Counted from the whole stretch's first letter, positions 1-10,322 are shown. The stretch is 62,837 nucleotides of DNA, filler included, from Candidatus Tectimicrobiota bacterium (GCA_016193065.1; 6 parts of 6 records of this genome joined end to end with filler, not necessarily neighbours in it); one strand, 5' to 3'. Made by a program: numbers and translations. Notes: a model not told the origin generated them from the sequence alone.

Positions 1-13
1 AACCGGCTACGAT

Positions 14-394
14 TTGAATTTTTACTGGAGCTACGAACAGCCCGGCGCGGAGGCGACCTTGGTAAAAGGCTACGTGCAAAACGCCTTCTGGGAGCCGATC
101 CACAACTTCAAGCTCGAGGTGGCCAGCCTGGACGCCAACAGCAAGGTGGTTGAAAAGAAATATTTTTACGCCTTTCCCCTGGTTCTCGGCACCCACGGAA
201 GCGGGGTTTACGACGATGCAGTTCCTTTCCAGGTGCAGCTCAAGCGCACGGGGAACGAGAAGGCCTATCGCTTCTGCTATCAGTACGAGACTCCAATCGG
301 CGACGACCGCATGAGCCGGATCTTCTTCGGAGGGCGCAGCTTCCAGGCAATGTCGATCCGTTCCTGGTGCTTCACGGACAAGATTTCGGGGTAA
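14..394 (+). CDS. Hypothetical protein, probably 5'-truncated by the window edge
   Basis: Open frame at window start with host-like codon usage; no recognisable motif. Confidence 0.5.
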   Translation: MNFYWSYEQPGAEATLVKGYVQNAFWEPIHNFKLEVASLDANSKVVEKKYFYAFPLVLGTHGSGVYDDAVPFQVQLKRTGNEKAYRFCYQYETPIGDDRMSRIFFGGRSFQAMSIRSWCFTDKISG

Positions 395-425
395 GCGAGC
401 AGCTTCCGGTGAAAATGGGTTCGGC

Positions 426-875
426 TTATTGACTGAGGAGCAGAATGTCCAGATCTGTGACACGTTTCAATTGTTCGTCGTTGCCCACAAAGCCGGTTGC
501 TCCGGAGTAAACCGCAGTAGCAAGCAGGACGGCATCCGGCGTTTTCAGATGATATCTCGCTCGGAGCCGGGCAGCCAGATCGGCAATCTCCACGGATAAT
601 TCCAGCCACGTCAGATTCGGGTACGTTGTCAGAAGAGCGTAGAACTGGTTGACCATTTCATCGTCGTTCTTTCGATAGGGCTGGACAAGCACTTCCAGGA
701 GGGAAAGGGTGGAGCAAACGCCGAGGTTTCCGCCGGTCTCGAAAGATTCGAATATTTTTTCAACAAGGCCATGATACTTGGGGTGCGCCTCAATAAAATA
801 GATCAGGATATTGGAATCCAGGCCGATCCGCTTGTGTCTTCGTAAGAAACCCTCCAAGCCTGGAAGAGTTACCAA
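426..875 (-). CDS. vapC: PIN-domain toxin (VapC family)
   Basis: IGLDSNILIY start, acidic PIN residues, LKTPDAVLLATA and GND motifs; overlaps upstream antitoxin. Confidence 0.9.
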   Translation of the reverse strand: MVTLPGLEGFLRRHKRIGLDSNILIYFIEAHPKYHGLVEKIFESFETGGNLGVCSTLSLLEVLVQPYRKNDDEMVNQFYALLTTYPNLTWLELSVEIADLAARLRARYHLKTPDAVLLATAVYSGATGFVGNDEQLKRVTDLDILLLSQ

Positions 876-1087
876 GAACGGCGTTCCTTTTCCAGATAGT
901 TCCTGGGGTAAATCCCCCGCCCTTTTCCTGACAGGGCTTGCGCATATTTCTTCGGCTTCGGCATCACAAGAGTGACGCTTCCTTTGACCACGACCAGAAG
1001 CTCATCACCCCCCTTCACCTTCATCGCCTCCCGAGCCTCCTTGGGAAGAACAATCTGGTTCTTCGAGGATAACTTCAAATAAGGCAT
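869..1087 (-). CDS. AbrB/MazE/SpoVT-family antitoxin
   Basis: KLSSKNQIVLPKEAREAMKVKGGDEL AbrB signature; directly upstream of the PIN toxin. Confidence 0.9.
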   Translation of the reverse strand: MPYLKLSSKNQIVLPKEAREAMKVKGGDELLVVVKGSVTLVMPKPKKYAQALSGKGRGIYPRNYLEKERRSW

Positions 1088-1191
1088 GATAGCCCTCCTT
1101 TTAGCACCAAAAGCATGCTTTACTTTATCATAGATTGTAAAGCAAGGGAAGTTCGCAAAAGGCCGGAAGAGGGGGGCATAAGCGCTAACTT

Positions 1192-1233
1192 AAGGTCTCC
1201 GGTATCTGCCCCAAGGTCTCCGGTATCTGCCCC
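1192..1233. repeat. 21-bp perfect tandem duplication AAGGTCTCCGGTATCTGCCCC x2
   Basis: Read directly from the sequence. Confidence 0.85.
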
Positions 1234-1240
1234 CCTTTTC

Positions 1241-1290
1241 AAAATCCCCCCAGCCCCCCTTTTTTAAAGGGGGGAGCGAGGGGGGATTTT
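1241..1290. repeat. REP-like G/C-run palindrome (family A)
   Basis: AAATCCCCCCAGCCCCCCTTT-AAAGGGGGG-GGGGGATTT; near-identical copy at 6195-6242 and a related copy at about 1783-1825. Confidence 0.8.
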
Positions 1291-1356
1291 TTTCAGGGGG
1301 GAATTGTGCATGAATCGGGGTAAGTTATCGCCCGATACGACGGGGAGTTTGGCCAT
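1264..1356 (-). pseudogene. hicA: Truncated HicA toxin remnant
   Basis: Starts 2 nt after the hicB stop; MAKLPVVSGDNL is a typical HicA N-terminus; frame runs into the REP and stops after 30 codons. Confidence 0.6.
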
Positions 1357-1358
1357 AT

Positions 1359-1565
1359 TTATACCGCAACCTGCACAACGAGAGTCTGAGTCGGAGGCGA
1401 GACTAAATCCTCGCCCAGGGCCTCAACACAGCCGCGAATGGCGTCTCGAATATTTTCCACAGCCTCCTCGATCGTATCACCCTGACTGTGACATCCCGGA
1501 ATTGCAGGGCAGTGCGCCACATACCCTGAATCCTCGCCCTTCTCGATGTATACCTGGTAAATCAT
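1359..1565 (-). CDS. hicB: HicB-family antitoxin
   Basis: GYVAHCPAIPGCHSQGDTIEEAVENIRDAI HicB-like motif. Confidence 0.85.
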   Translation of the reverse strand: MIYQVYIEKGEDSGYVAHCPAIPGCHSQGDTIEEAVENIRDAIRGCVEALGEDLVSPPTQTLVVQVAV

Positions 1566-1845
1566 TCTTTCATACTCCTTCTTTCCTAATCACTTTGCTT
1601 ATTCTACGCCATCACGTCAGAAAAAGCCTGTCGGAGAGTGGGGGGAAAGCCGCTGACGGAAAAGAAAACCCCGGTCCGGAAGACCTGTCTGCGCCTGCCT
1701 GCCCCGCTGGGGCGGTAGGCAGGTGTACGCACAGGCAGATCCGGACCGGGGTTTGATAGGTCCCCTCACCCTGGCCCTCTTAGAAATCCCCCCTCCCCCC
1801 TTTTCCAAAGGGGGGGAGGGGAATAAGGGAAGGGGGAAGGTCAGG

Positions 1846-3420
1846 CTAGAATCTGGCGGTCAGGGCCCACTGGAGAACCCAGGGGTCCTTCAGCTCGATG
1901 CCGGAGGCGCCGCCCTTGAAGTAGTCGCCGGCCCACAGGTAGCCGCCGCTGGCGGACAGCACCAGCTCTTTCAGAAGCGGGTAGAAGTAGGTGGCGCTGA
2001 CCTCAGTCCCGTAAGTCTTGGACTGGTTCGTGCTCGCGCTGTCACCAGCGATGAGCGTGCCGTTGTTCATGACCACCTCATTGGCCTTGGCGTAGAAGAT
2101 GTTCGCCAGGAGATCCCCGCCGGCCACCTTGAACTTGCCGTAGCCGCCGTACACCTGGGCGTTGGTAAACCCACGGCCCGAGCGGGCGCCGGCCACCGTG
2201 CCGATCCCGTTGTTCCCCTGGTTCGTGCTATTAGACCCATAGCCGCCGTTCCTGTACCACAGGAGGCCGGTCTCATCCTGGTGACGCACGCTGGCGGCGA
2301 TGCCCTGGTCGTTGGTCGCGCCTACGGCGCCTGCACTCGCCCATGCCGCCGCCCGCTCATCATTCGGGTCGCCGTCGCCGCTGGCGTAGACGTACTGGAG
2401 ACCCAGCTCACCAAATCCGAACGCATAGCCGGCCTCAACGTATCCCACCCAGGACCTGATGTCCACTTCCCTCTCTGGGACCTGGGGCGAAGTTATGCAG
2501 CGAGCTACTTGATGCTGGAAGGAGCTGAAGGTCGTGGTCGTATTGCCCACGCCGGGAAGCTGGCCGCAGCTCGCCTTCCCCCAGTCATACGCCCCTTCAA
2601 ACTTGATATTGAAGGCTCCCACTTTGGCGGAGCCGAACAGCCGGGGCATGACGCGGGACACGGAGACGTCCTGGTCCAGGGTATTCCGGTCGTAGGAGAT
2701 GGAGGGCTGTAGACTTGCCGCTCCCACCTTGAAACTATAGGCCACGGTGGAGTAGTCCCGATCGGCATCGTTTTCCTGTCCTGCCGTGACGTTGCTACCG
2801 GTAGTGACCGTGGTGACGAATGTACGGTTGGCACCCCCGCAACCGCTTGACCGGTTCGCGCCCGCATCGGAGCAGTCGTTCAGTTTCGAGTACGCCAAGA
2901 TGAGCCTGCCGGGACCTACATTCCAATAAGCGGTAATGCCGTCCGGCTGCGTCTTGCGGTTCTTGGCAAAGCTGTAGCCGCCGTCCCACTCCCAGCCGTT
3001 ATGACCGACATCAAACATTAACTGCTTCGAAGGGGTGTAGCGGAGAAAGGCGCGCTGCACGGAAAAGCCGTTGGCGAACCCGTCGCGGTCACCGGTCGGA
3101 GTACCGCCGGGCGTTCCCCACTCCCCCTCGTCGATGTCAAAGCGGCTGATGATGGAGAGTTTGTCGCTGACCGTCGCTACCATGTTGACCCGGAGTCGCT
3201 CATCAAACCAGCTATCCGCGCCTGCCAGGCTCCTCCCCGTGAGATTGCGCAGGGATCCTCCCCCTTCCCCTGTTAGCGTGTTCTCCACCACCGCCGAGTT
3301 GTTTACCGAATACCCGCGGACATAGAAATCCCCTGTGAACTTCACATCTGCGGCCAGGGCCGGGAGGGTGAACCCCACCACCAGCGCCACGGCCAGCATG
3401 AAAACTGCTGCTCTTCTCAT
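1846..3420 (-). CDS. Outer-membrane beta-barrel porin-like protein
   Basis: Signal peptide (ALA-ADVKFTGDFYVRG), amphipathic beta-strands, C-terminal Phe (WALTARF); GGAGGAG RBS. Confidence 0.8.
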   Translation of the reverse strand: MRRAAVFMLAVALVVGFTLPALAADVKFTGDFYVRGYSVNNSAVVENTLTGEGGGSLRNLTGRSLAGADSWFDERLRVNMVATVSDKLSIISRFDIDEGEWGTPGGTPTGDRDGFANGFSVQRAFLRYTPSKQLMFDVGHNGWEWDGGYSFAKNRKTQPDGITAYWNVGPGRLILAYSKLNDCSDAGANRSSGCGGANRTFVTTVTTGSNVTAGQENDADRDYSTVAYSFKVGAASLQPSISYDRNTLDQDVSVSRVMPRLFGSAKVGAFNIKFEGAYDWGKASCGQLPGVGNTTTTFSSFQHQVARCITSPQVPEREVDIRSWVGYVEAGYAFGFGELGLQYVYASGDGDPNDERAAAWASAGAVGATNDQGIAASVRHQDETGLLWYRNGGYGSNSTNQGNNGIGTVAGARSGRGFTNAQVYGGYGKFKVAGGDLLANIFYAKANEVVMNNGTLIAGDSASTNQSKTYGTEVSATYFYPLLKELVLSASGGYLWAGDYFKGGASGIELKDPWVLQWALTARF

Positions 3421-3730
3421 TCTGTCTCCTCCCTGACTGGTACTCCGCTGAACTCCTGGTTTCTATCCACGATAACAACGACTTCTACGCGTGGCGTACC
3501 TCATAGAAGGGACTCCTCACCTCATGAACCACCTCCCCTCCACAGTTTTTCCGCCCTGAGATTGCGCGGTAACACTGCGTACTGCAATCGGTTTTTCTGC
3601 TGTCCTTGGTTCCGTCCCTTACGAAAAGAACACGGCGCGACTCTAACACCCCCCCTTTCCCCCTGTCAAGGATTTTTTCAGGCCCCCAATTTGTTCCCCC
3701 CACCCTGGCCCTCCTGCAAGGGGGAGGTAG

Positions 3731-4156
3731 CTATACGCCGACTTTTCGCTTCAGCGTGTCCACGTCCTCCCGAAGCTTCCGGACTTCCTCCGCCAGGGAA
3801 AAATGCTCATCCCGGCGCACAACAACTTTGAACAGGTCGTCCAGGCGGCGGTTTGTATCATCCAGGCGGCGGTTCACGTTTCGGAGCTCTTCCCGGAGAT
3901 CCGCAATTTCCGCCCGCAGCAAGGCATCCCCCTGCTCCATGGCGGTCCGCAACTCCGCATCGCCCCGCTCCATGGCCGCCCGCAGATCCGCATTGCCTCT
4001 CTCCATGGCCGCCCGCAGATCCGCATTGCCTCTCTCCATGGCCGCCCGCAGATCCGCTACCTCCCGCAAAACGGATGACTTGATTTCAACCAGTTGCGGA
4101 GAGATGATCTCCCGGATTGCCTCGACAATTACCCTTTTGAGAAATTCTTTCAACAA
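3731..4156 (-). CDS. Coiled-coil protein with 11-residue repeats
   Basis: ADLRAAMERG(N/D) repeats followed by heptad NRRLDDT repeats. Confidence 0.7.
   Translation of the reverse strand: MLKEFLKRVIVEAIREIISPQLVEIKSSVLREVADLRAAMERGNADLRAAMERGNADLRAAMERGDAELRTAMEQGDALLRAEIADLREELRNVNRRLDDTNRRLDDLFKVVVRRDEHFSLAEEVRKLREDVDTLKRKVGV
3896..4057. repeat. 33-bp coding tandem repeat, about 5 units
   Basis: CTCCATGGCCGCCCGCAGATCCGCATTGCCTCT exact at 3968 and 4001, partial at 4034, degenerate units on the other side. Confidence 0.85.
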
Positions 4157-4190
4157 ATGAGTTCCCTCCCCTTAGAAGGGGGAGAAGTAA

Positions 4191-6113
4191 CTAAGGCGTG
4201 GCGCCGCTGAGTTTAAAAGCTCCAATCCAGCTTTTCCCTTCCCGGCGCAGGAACAGGATGCCCTGGGGCTCCACGATGGCCGCCACAAGCTCCGGTATCC
4301 CATCATTATCGATGTCGGCCAGCAGGTAGTCCGCCATGTAGCCGCCCAGGGGCCGGGTCCGCCATTCCTCATAGAGACCCCCGGCTTCCCAGCGCAAGCC
4401 TGAGATGACGCTCTGGTCGTAACCCCTGAGATTTTCAAGGATATATCCAGTCGATGGAATGTTTGTGTTCATGAGAACCGTCCCCGCCAGGGGCCCGGTT
4501 TTGCCTCCCCACAAGATCCTCCCCTTGATGAGGACTCTTCGCACCTGGTCGTTACTCCCCAGGGAAGCGTTGGGGAGTTCAGTCCCGCGGGCTTCCACCA
4601 GGAACCCGGTCTCGTACCCGCCGTAATGCTCCGTACTGCGCCAGAGGAGTTCTCCGTCCTGTGAATAGACCCTCAGGCGGTCATTATTATCGACCATGAT
4701 GTATTTCAGCTTCCCGTCCCCATCCAGATCCAGCGGGAGAAATCCGTAAATGCTGATGCCCAGGGCCGGAAAGTCCTTGGGCAATTCCACGGGGTCTCCC
4801 TCCACGTACTTTTTCCCTTCCCAGCGGTAGCGGGTGATCTTCCCGTCAAACGGGCTCGTACTCCCCTGCGCCTGGGCCCACAGCTCGGGCTTGGCTCCCG
4901 GAAGCTTCACGACCCGCAGGTAGCGGTGGATATCGTTCTGGACGACTTTGAGGGCACCTCCGCGATACCCAAGAACGATAGAGCGCAGCAGGTTGTTGCG
5001 CAGGTTGGTGACGAAAATCTCCTCCACGCCGTTCCCGTTGAGGTCCGCCACCCCGACGTTCAGGAAGCTGCTGCCGGAGCCGCCCTTGTAGGTGGCCACC
5101 TCCACGAGCTTCTTATCGTTCCAGCGGTAAATGGTCATCACATCGCTGCCGATGGCGACGATCTCGTTTTTCCCATCCCCGTCCACATCACCCACGTCGA
5201 TCCCCCGGACGGCATGCTCAATTGGCGCACTGCGCAACAGGCCCTGGCTCCCGACCACGCCACGGGCCCGATCCCGCAAAAGAAACTGGGGATTGATCCG
5301 GGCCGCCCGGGCCCCGGAGAGCCGGTCCCGGACGCTGCGACCTGCCAGCCGAGTAGGGACATCGCTTAGGAGGGCATTTTCAACCAGCTTGGGCTCTTTT
5401 GTGGAGACCGAGACCACGCTCACCTCCAGGGCCCAGCGCTCCTGAACTTTGCGTACGCTGCCCGTGACCAGATAGTCAATTCCATACTGTCGGACGATTT
5501 GCTGCAAATTCTTATCGGTCAGGACCTGAGAAGGATCAATCCCTCTTTCGAGAAGCCAGGTGTGAAACCGGTCGCTGTCGGTGACCTCGAAGCGGCCCGT
5601 GCCCTTCAGGCTCTCCCCCAGAGCCCGCCCCAGCGCTTCTCCATCCACGTTTTGCCCCTCGGGCGCGGAAACGGGAGCGACGGCCAGCTTGACCAGCTCG
5701 GCGGAGATGCGGACCTTGTCCCCCACCTTGGGAACCGTCCCGGGTTTCATTTCCTTGGGCACCGCAATCGAGTACTGGTCCTGGACCTCGACAACCTGCA
5801 GGGTGCCGAGAGTCTCCTCATACCTCCCCAGAACAACCCCGGTCAACGGGTGCTTGAATTCGGCCCCTTCCCGGGTCAGGGTCACCTGGGTGCCCGGCTG
5901 CACCCCGTCTTTCCGCGCCACGTCCAAGATGACCCGATTTTCCTGCCAGGAGACGACCGCCCCACGGACCACGGGGAAGGCTTCGCGGATCTTGCCGGCA
6001 ACCCGGTCAACAGGATCCCGCGAACTCGAGCTTTGCGCCCCCGTTTCCAGCGGGAGATTGAAACCCAGGGAAAGGACTAGAACCAAGATCAGAACACTTC
6101 GCTTCGCCTTCAC
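4191..6113 (-). CDS. Exported VCBS/FG-GAP repeat protein with N-terminal FlgT/CsgG-like region
   Basis: Signal peptide; DVDGDGKNEI, DLNGNGVEEI, DLDGDG and DIDNDGIPEL repeats; HPLTGVVLG motif. Confidence 0.8.
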   Translation of the reverse strand: MKAKRSVLILVLVLSLGFNLPLETGAQSSSSRDPVDRVAGKIREAFPVVRGAVVSWQENRVILDVARKDGVQPGTQVTLTREGAEFKHPLTGVVLGRYEETLGTLQVVEVQDQYSIAVPKEMKPGTVPKVGDKVRISAELVKLAVAPVSAPEGQNVDGEALGRALGESLKGTGRFEVTDSDRFHTWLLERGIDPSQVLTDKNLQQIVRQYGIDYLVTGSVRKVQERWALEVSVVSVSTKEPKLVENALLSDVPTRLAGRSVRDRLSGARAARINPQFLLRDRARGVVGSQGLLRSAPIEHAVRGIDVGDVDGDGKNEIVAIGSDVMTIYRWNDKKLVEVATYKGGSGSSFLNVGVADLNGNGVEEIFVTNLRNNLLRSIVLGYRGGALKVVQNDIHRYLRVVKLPGAKPELWAQAQGSTSPFDGKITRYRWEGKKYVEGDPVELPKDFPALGISIYGFLPLDLDGDGKLKYIMVDNNDRLRVYSQDGELLWRSTEHYGGYETGFLVEARGTELPNASLGSNDQVRRVLIKGRILWGGKTGPLAGTVLMNTNIPSTGYILENLRGYDQSVISGLRWEAGGLYEEWRTRPLGGYMADYLLADIDNDGIPELVAAIVEPQGILFLRREGKSWIGAFKLSGATP

Positions 6114-6194
6114 AGCAACTCCTTCGAGATCTTCCGCCTCGTAGCCCTAAGCTTCACTGCAACAACCTTTTCACCTTTCGCCTTCAACCTGTTT

Positions 6195-6242
6195 AAATCC
6201 CCCCAGCCCCCCTTTTCTAAAGGGGGGGAAGGGGGGATTTTT
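6195..6242. repeat. REP-like palindrome (family A)
   Basis: Near-identical to 1241-1290. Confidence 0.8.
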
Positions 6243-6303
6243 TCTCAGCATCCTGTCTTCCCTCATCTTGCCGAAAGCTGATTGCTGATCGCTGACCGCT
6301 TAT

Positions 6304-7659
6304 TCATGCAAGGACAACGAATGTACCCGAGAGTTTTTCAGGCCAGCCCTGGTGGCGGCGATCCAGGGCGGCCCACAGGAAACCCATCCCACAACTGGCC
6401 CAGGAAAGGAGAGCTCCTCCCAGACGCAGGGCCGACCGGGCAAACCCCACCGGGCTGCGATCCTCGGCCACCACCCGAATCCCGAAAAGAGCCTGCCCCC
6501 AAGTCTGCCCCCGGGAGCCGACCAGATAAAGGTAATATCCGGCGTAGACCACAAAGAGGGCGGAAATCCAGGGAACAATCCCCAGGCCCAAAAACCGCAG
6601 GGTCTGAAGGAACGCCTGCGGACTGGAGAGAGGCCGGCCTGCCACAAACAACAACCAGAAGAAACCAACCGTCAGGACCATGGCCAATGCTCCCAGAAAC
6701 AGGTGATCGGTGGCATAGGCCAGCAGCCGGCGCACCACTCCCGCCTCTTGCCAGGAAGAGGTTCGCTTTATTGCTTCTCCCTCCTCCCTGCTCTCTCCTT
6801 CCAGGGGAGAGGGGATGGACTTTTCGTCCTCTTCTTTCGGGGGCCGGTTGATCTCCTCGATGATCCCGCGGATCTCCTCTGCTTGCTCCATTTTGATTTC
6901 AAAGGAAAGGGAGGAATCGTCTTCCCCGGCTCCGGCGCCGGGAGAGTTCCCACCGGAAGGGTTCCCGCCGGGGCCGGGATTTCCATCCTCCTCGTCTTCT
7001 TCATCATCCTCTTCGAGAGTCAGCTCGATGTCTTCCAGATTGACTGAGGGGGGTTCCTCCGCGGTTTCACCGCCTTCTTCTTCCATCTCAAGGCTTAGTG
7101 TCTCTTCCTCCTCCAGGGGAGTTACGGCAGGGCTCTGCTGGTCTGACTGGGCCTCATCGAGTTCCAGGACTAGATCATCAACACTTTTTCCAGACTCTTC
7201 ACCTGCAGACTCGCTGATCTCTTCGATGGCCGACATGCTGATCTCTTCCTCGACCTCTTCCTGATCCGCCGCGAGATCCTCGATGGCGGGCATGCTGATT
7301 TCTTCTTCTTCAACTTCCGGAACCAGACCTGTCTGCCCGCCAGGCAGGTCGGAGGCTTCGGGTTCTGCCTCTGTCTCCTCGAAGCGGATCTCGATCCCCC
7401 CTTCACTGCTTACCTCCAGGGCCGCTTCCACTTCAGCCGTTTCCTCCTCCGCCCCGGCGGCGCCTTCTTCCACACCTACTTCTGAAGGTTCCTGTGTCTC
7501 CGCCTCCTCTTCCACGATGATGGGGGCGCTGACATCCAGAGCCCCGGGAGCAAGGTCCATGAACCCCCGCTCTTGCCGGTATCCACTGAGATCATTGCCG
7601 CACTTCCGGCAGGTCTCCAGATAATTAAAACTGACAAAGCTGCATTTCGGGCACTTCAT
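6304..7659 (-). CDS. RDD-family membrane protein with N-terminal zinc ribbon and long acidic linker
   Basis: MKCPKC...CRKCG; Glu-rich middle; RRLLAYATD...GQTWGQALFGIRVV RDD domain; start set at MKCPKC. Confidence 0.8.
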   Translation of the reverse strand: MKCPKCSFVSFNYLETCRKCGNDLSGYRQERGFMDLAPGALDVSAPIIVEEEAETQEPSEVGVEEGAAGAEEETAEVEAALEVSSEGGIEIRFEETEAEPEASDLPGGQTGLVPEVEEEEISMPAIEDLAADQEEVEEEISMSAIEEISESAGEESGKSVDDLVLELDEAQSDQQSPAVTPLEEEETLSLEMEEEGGETAEEPPSVNLEDIELTLEEDDEEDEEDGNPGPGGNPSGGNSPGAGAGEDDSSLSFEIKMEQAEEIRGIIEEINRPPKEEDEKSIPSPLEGESREEGEAIKRTSSWQEAGVVRRLLAYATDHLFLGALAMVLTVGFFWLLFVAGRPLSSPQAFLQTLRFLGLGIVPWISALFVVYAGYYLYLVGSRGQTWGQALFGIRVVAEDRSPVGFARSALRLGGALLSWASCGMGFLWAALDRRHQGWPEKLSGTFVVLA

Positions 7660-7874
7660 GGTCCCGCGAATCCCTCCCACGAAACAGGCTCAGCAAAAAG
7701 CAAGACAGCCCCCAAATAATCAGTCCGCACGAGCTGTAAGTTCGAAACCAGCGCCGTCCCGCCCATTGTACCAACCTTATCGGCTCATAGCGTCGAAATC
7801 TTTGCTGCAAGGTACATCGCCCGCGTTTCACATTTCATGAATGGAACGTTACTAGCACAGCCTATCGCTCAGCG

Positions 7875-9239
7875 TCAAGCCCAAAACCCGCTCTGAATTA
7901 GGAGAACCTGAAAATCCATGACGTTGGTTCCGGTGGAACCCGTCTGAACCAAATCGCCCAGGGCGGAAAAGAACGAGCCGGAATCGTTCTCTTCCAGATA
8001 GCGCAGCGGGTCCAATCCCAGGCCTCTAGCCCGGTCGACCGTCTCTCCATCACAAAGGGCACCGGCAGCCTCCGTGGGGCCGTCCTCTCCATCCGAGGAA
8101 GCGCTCAGGAAGACAATCCCATCGGTTCCGGACAATTCGAGGGCAGCCGCCAGAGCCATCTCCTGGTTGCGACCTCCGCGGCCCTTGCCTCGCACCGTCA
8201 CGGTCGTCTCTCCCCCCCAGAGCAGACAGGCCGGGACAGAGACCGGGCGGTTTCTCTTCTTAACCTCCCCGGCCACCGCCGCCAGAACCTTGGCCACTTC
8301 CCGGGCTTCCCCCACGAGCTCAGCGGACAGCACAAGCGGGTGATAACCCAGCGCCGCTGCCCGCTGCGCAGCCGCTTCCAGCCCGATCCGGTTATGACCG
8401 ATGACAAAGGTTTCGGCCCGTTCAAAACAGGGATCTCCCGGCTTGGGGGTTTCCGGAATTTCTCCGGATTCCCCCCGGGTCAACAGCTCGCGGACTCCGG
8501 GAGGACACTCCTCCCACAAATCGAGTCCAGCAAGGATGCGCCGCGCCTCTCCATAGGTCGTCGGATCCGGAACCGTGGGGCCGGAAGCAATGACATCGAG
8601 CGGGTCGCCGACCACGTCCGAAATGACCAGCGTGAGGATACGAGCAGGGAAGGCCGCTTGGGCCAGTCTTCCCCCCTTGACTTGCGAGAGGTGTTTGCGG
8701 ACTGTATTTAAATCCTGAATAGGAGCACCCGACTTCAAGAGCAAGCGGGTCACTTCCTGCTTCTCTTCGAGTGTCACGGGCGGCATCGGGGAAGCCAGGA
8801 GAGCGGATCCTCCTCCGGAAATCAGGCAAAGGATCAGGTCCCGATCCGTGGCGCTGCTAATCAGATCGAGGATGCGGAGGCTGCCCAGGAGAGATCCCTC
8901 ATCCGGCACCGGGTGGGAAGCCTCCATGACCTGAATTTTTTGCAAAGCCGGGCTTGCCCTGTGCTCGGTCGAAGGGGGCTGACTTTTCTTCCCCACCACG
9001 AGGCCCGCGGCGATCCGGTCACCCAAAATCTCCTCCACGGCGGCGGCCATCCGTGCGCTGGCCTTGCCCGCTCCGATCACGATCACTCTCCGGCTGCCGG
9101 CCAGGGAGACTTCTTTGCCGGCAATCGTCAGAATCTCTCCATTGCGGCGCAGCGCCTGCCGAACCAGGTTTCCAGCATCACAGGCTCGCACGGCGGCACG
9201 GAAAATATCGAGGGCTTGGGTTTTCAGGAATTCACTCAC
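7875..9239 (-). CDS. Glycerate 2-kinase (MOFRL/TtuD family)
   Basis: GAGKAS, LISGGGSAL, VISDVVGD, IASGPT, GGETTV, GGRNQE, TGTNVMD motifs. Confidence 0.93.
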   Translation of the reverse strand: MSEFLKTQALDIFRAAVRACDAGNLVRQALRRNGEILTIAGKEVSLAGSRRVIVIGAGKASARMAAAVEEILGDRIAAGLVVGKKSQPPSTEHRASPALQKIQVMEASHPVPDEGSLLGSLRILDLISSATDRDLILCLISGGGSALLASPMPPVTLEEKQEVTRLLLKSGAPIQDLNTVRKHLSQVKGGRLAQAAFPARILTLVISDVVGDPLDVIASGPTVPDPTTYGEARRILAGLDLWEECPPGVRELLTRGESGEIPETPKPGDPCFERAETFVIGHNRIGLEAAAQRAAALGYHPLVLSAELVGEAREVAKVLAAVAGEVKKRNRPVSVPACLLWGGETTVTVRGKGRGGRNQEMALAAALELSGTDGIVFLSASSDGEDGPTEAAGALCDGETVDRARGLGLDPLRYLEENDSGSFFSALGDLVQTGSTGTNVMDFQVLLIQSGFWA

Positions 9240-9952
9240 TGCTGATCCCCTGGCTTGGAACCTGAGTAGAGAACGGCAATCCCTCCGGTCAGATTTCTAT
9301 AAGTCACATACTCCAAACCGGCCTCTTTGAAGAGTCCCCCTAGCGCCTCCCGCTCGGGAAAATGCAGGACAGATTCCGGCAGATAACGATAGGCTTGTGG
9401 ATTCCCGGATATGCAACCTCCAACCCATGGCAGAAGACGGAGAAAGTAAAACAGGTACAGCGACCGCAGCCAGGAGCGGGAGGGAGTGGCGAACTCCAGG
9501 ATGGCAAGCCGGCCTCCGGGCTTCAGGACGCGGGCCATCTCCTGCACACCCCGGAGCGGATCGGTAAGATTGCGCAAGCCGAAGGCAATGGTGATCCCGT
9601 CGAATACGGAGTCCGCAAACGGAAGATGAAGAGCGTCGCCGTACAGCAGCCGGATGAAGTTTCCACGGCCGCTGCGGGCCACTTTCTCCTTCCCCCTGCG
9701 CAGCATGGGGAAGCTGAAATCAATCCCGACAATCCTCCCCGCCTCTGGAAGTCTGCGGGAAATTTCCAAAGCCACATCCGCAGCTCCCGTAGCCACATCA
9801 AGGTAGAACCCGGAGCGAACCGCAGGCAATCCAGCTACCGCCTTGCGGCGCCAACTGCGGTCGATTCCCAGGCTGAGCAGGTGGTTGAGAAGATCATAGC
9901 GGTGGGCGATGGAAGAGAACATCCGCTGCACGCGCTGTCCGGTGGGCTCCAT
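9236..9952 (-). CDS. ubiE: UbiE/MenG quinone biosynthesis C-methyltransferase
   Basis: FSSIAHRYDLLNHLLSLGIDRSWR, LDVATG, AFGLRN, YRYLPESV. Confidence 0.92.
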   Translation of the reverse strand: MEPTGQRVQRMFSSIAHRYDLLNHLLSLGIDRSWRRKAVAGLPAVRSGFYLDVATGAADVALEISRRLPEAGRIVGIDFSFPMLRRGKEKVARSGRGNFIRLLYGDALHLPFADSVFDGITIAFGLRNLTDPLRGVQEMARVLKPGGRLAILEFATPSRSWLRSLYLFYFLRLLPWVGGCISGNPQAYRYLPESVLHFPEREALGGLFKEAGLEYVTYRNLTGGIAVLYSGSKPGDQQ

Positions 9953-10079
9953 GGCTCTCTTTCTTTACCGCATCCGACATCAAAAAAAGATCTTCCGCGG
10001 ATACACCTGGACTTCCTAATCTTACCCGAATGCCGGATGATTTCACTTGGCTGACCCAAGGATGCAATTTCAAAAAGAC

Positions 10080-10154
<75 letters not shown>

Positions 10155-10191
10155 CAGGAGGGAGTAACAAAGTTTCTTATAGTGAAAGTAG

Positions 10192-10267
<76 letters not shown>

Positions 10268-10322
10268 ACCAACACGCAAGCCGTAATCCCAAGTGGGTCA
10301 ATACCCTACCACGACTAACTAA

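Noticed and set aside
3421-3670. Long porin leader as a riboswitch
   Set aside because: A possible promoter (TTGACA-18-TAGAGT) exists, but I found no recognisable aptamer or terminator.
1192-4057. Possible CRISPR array from the 21-bp and 33-bp repeats
   Set aside because: The repeats are directly adjacent with no unique spacers, the 33-mer is coding, and no cas operon is present.
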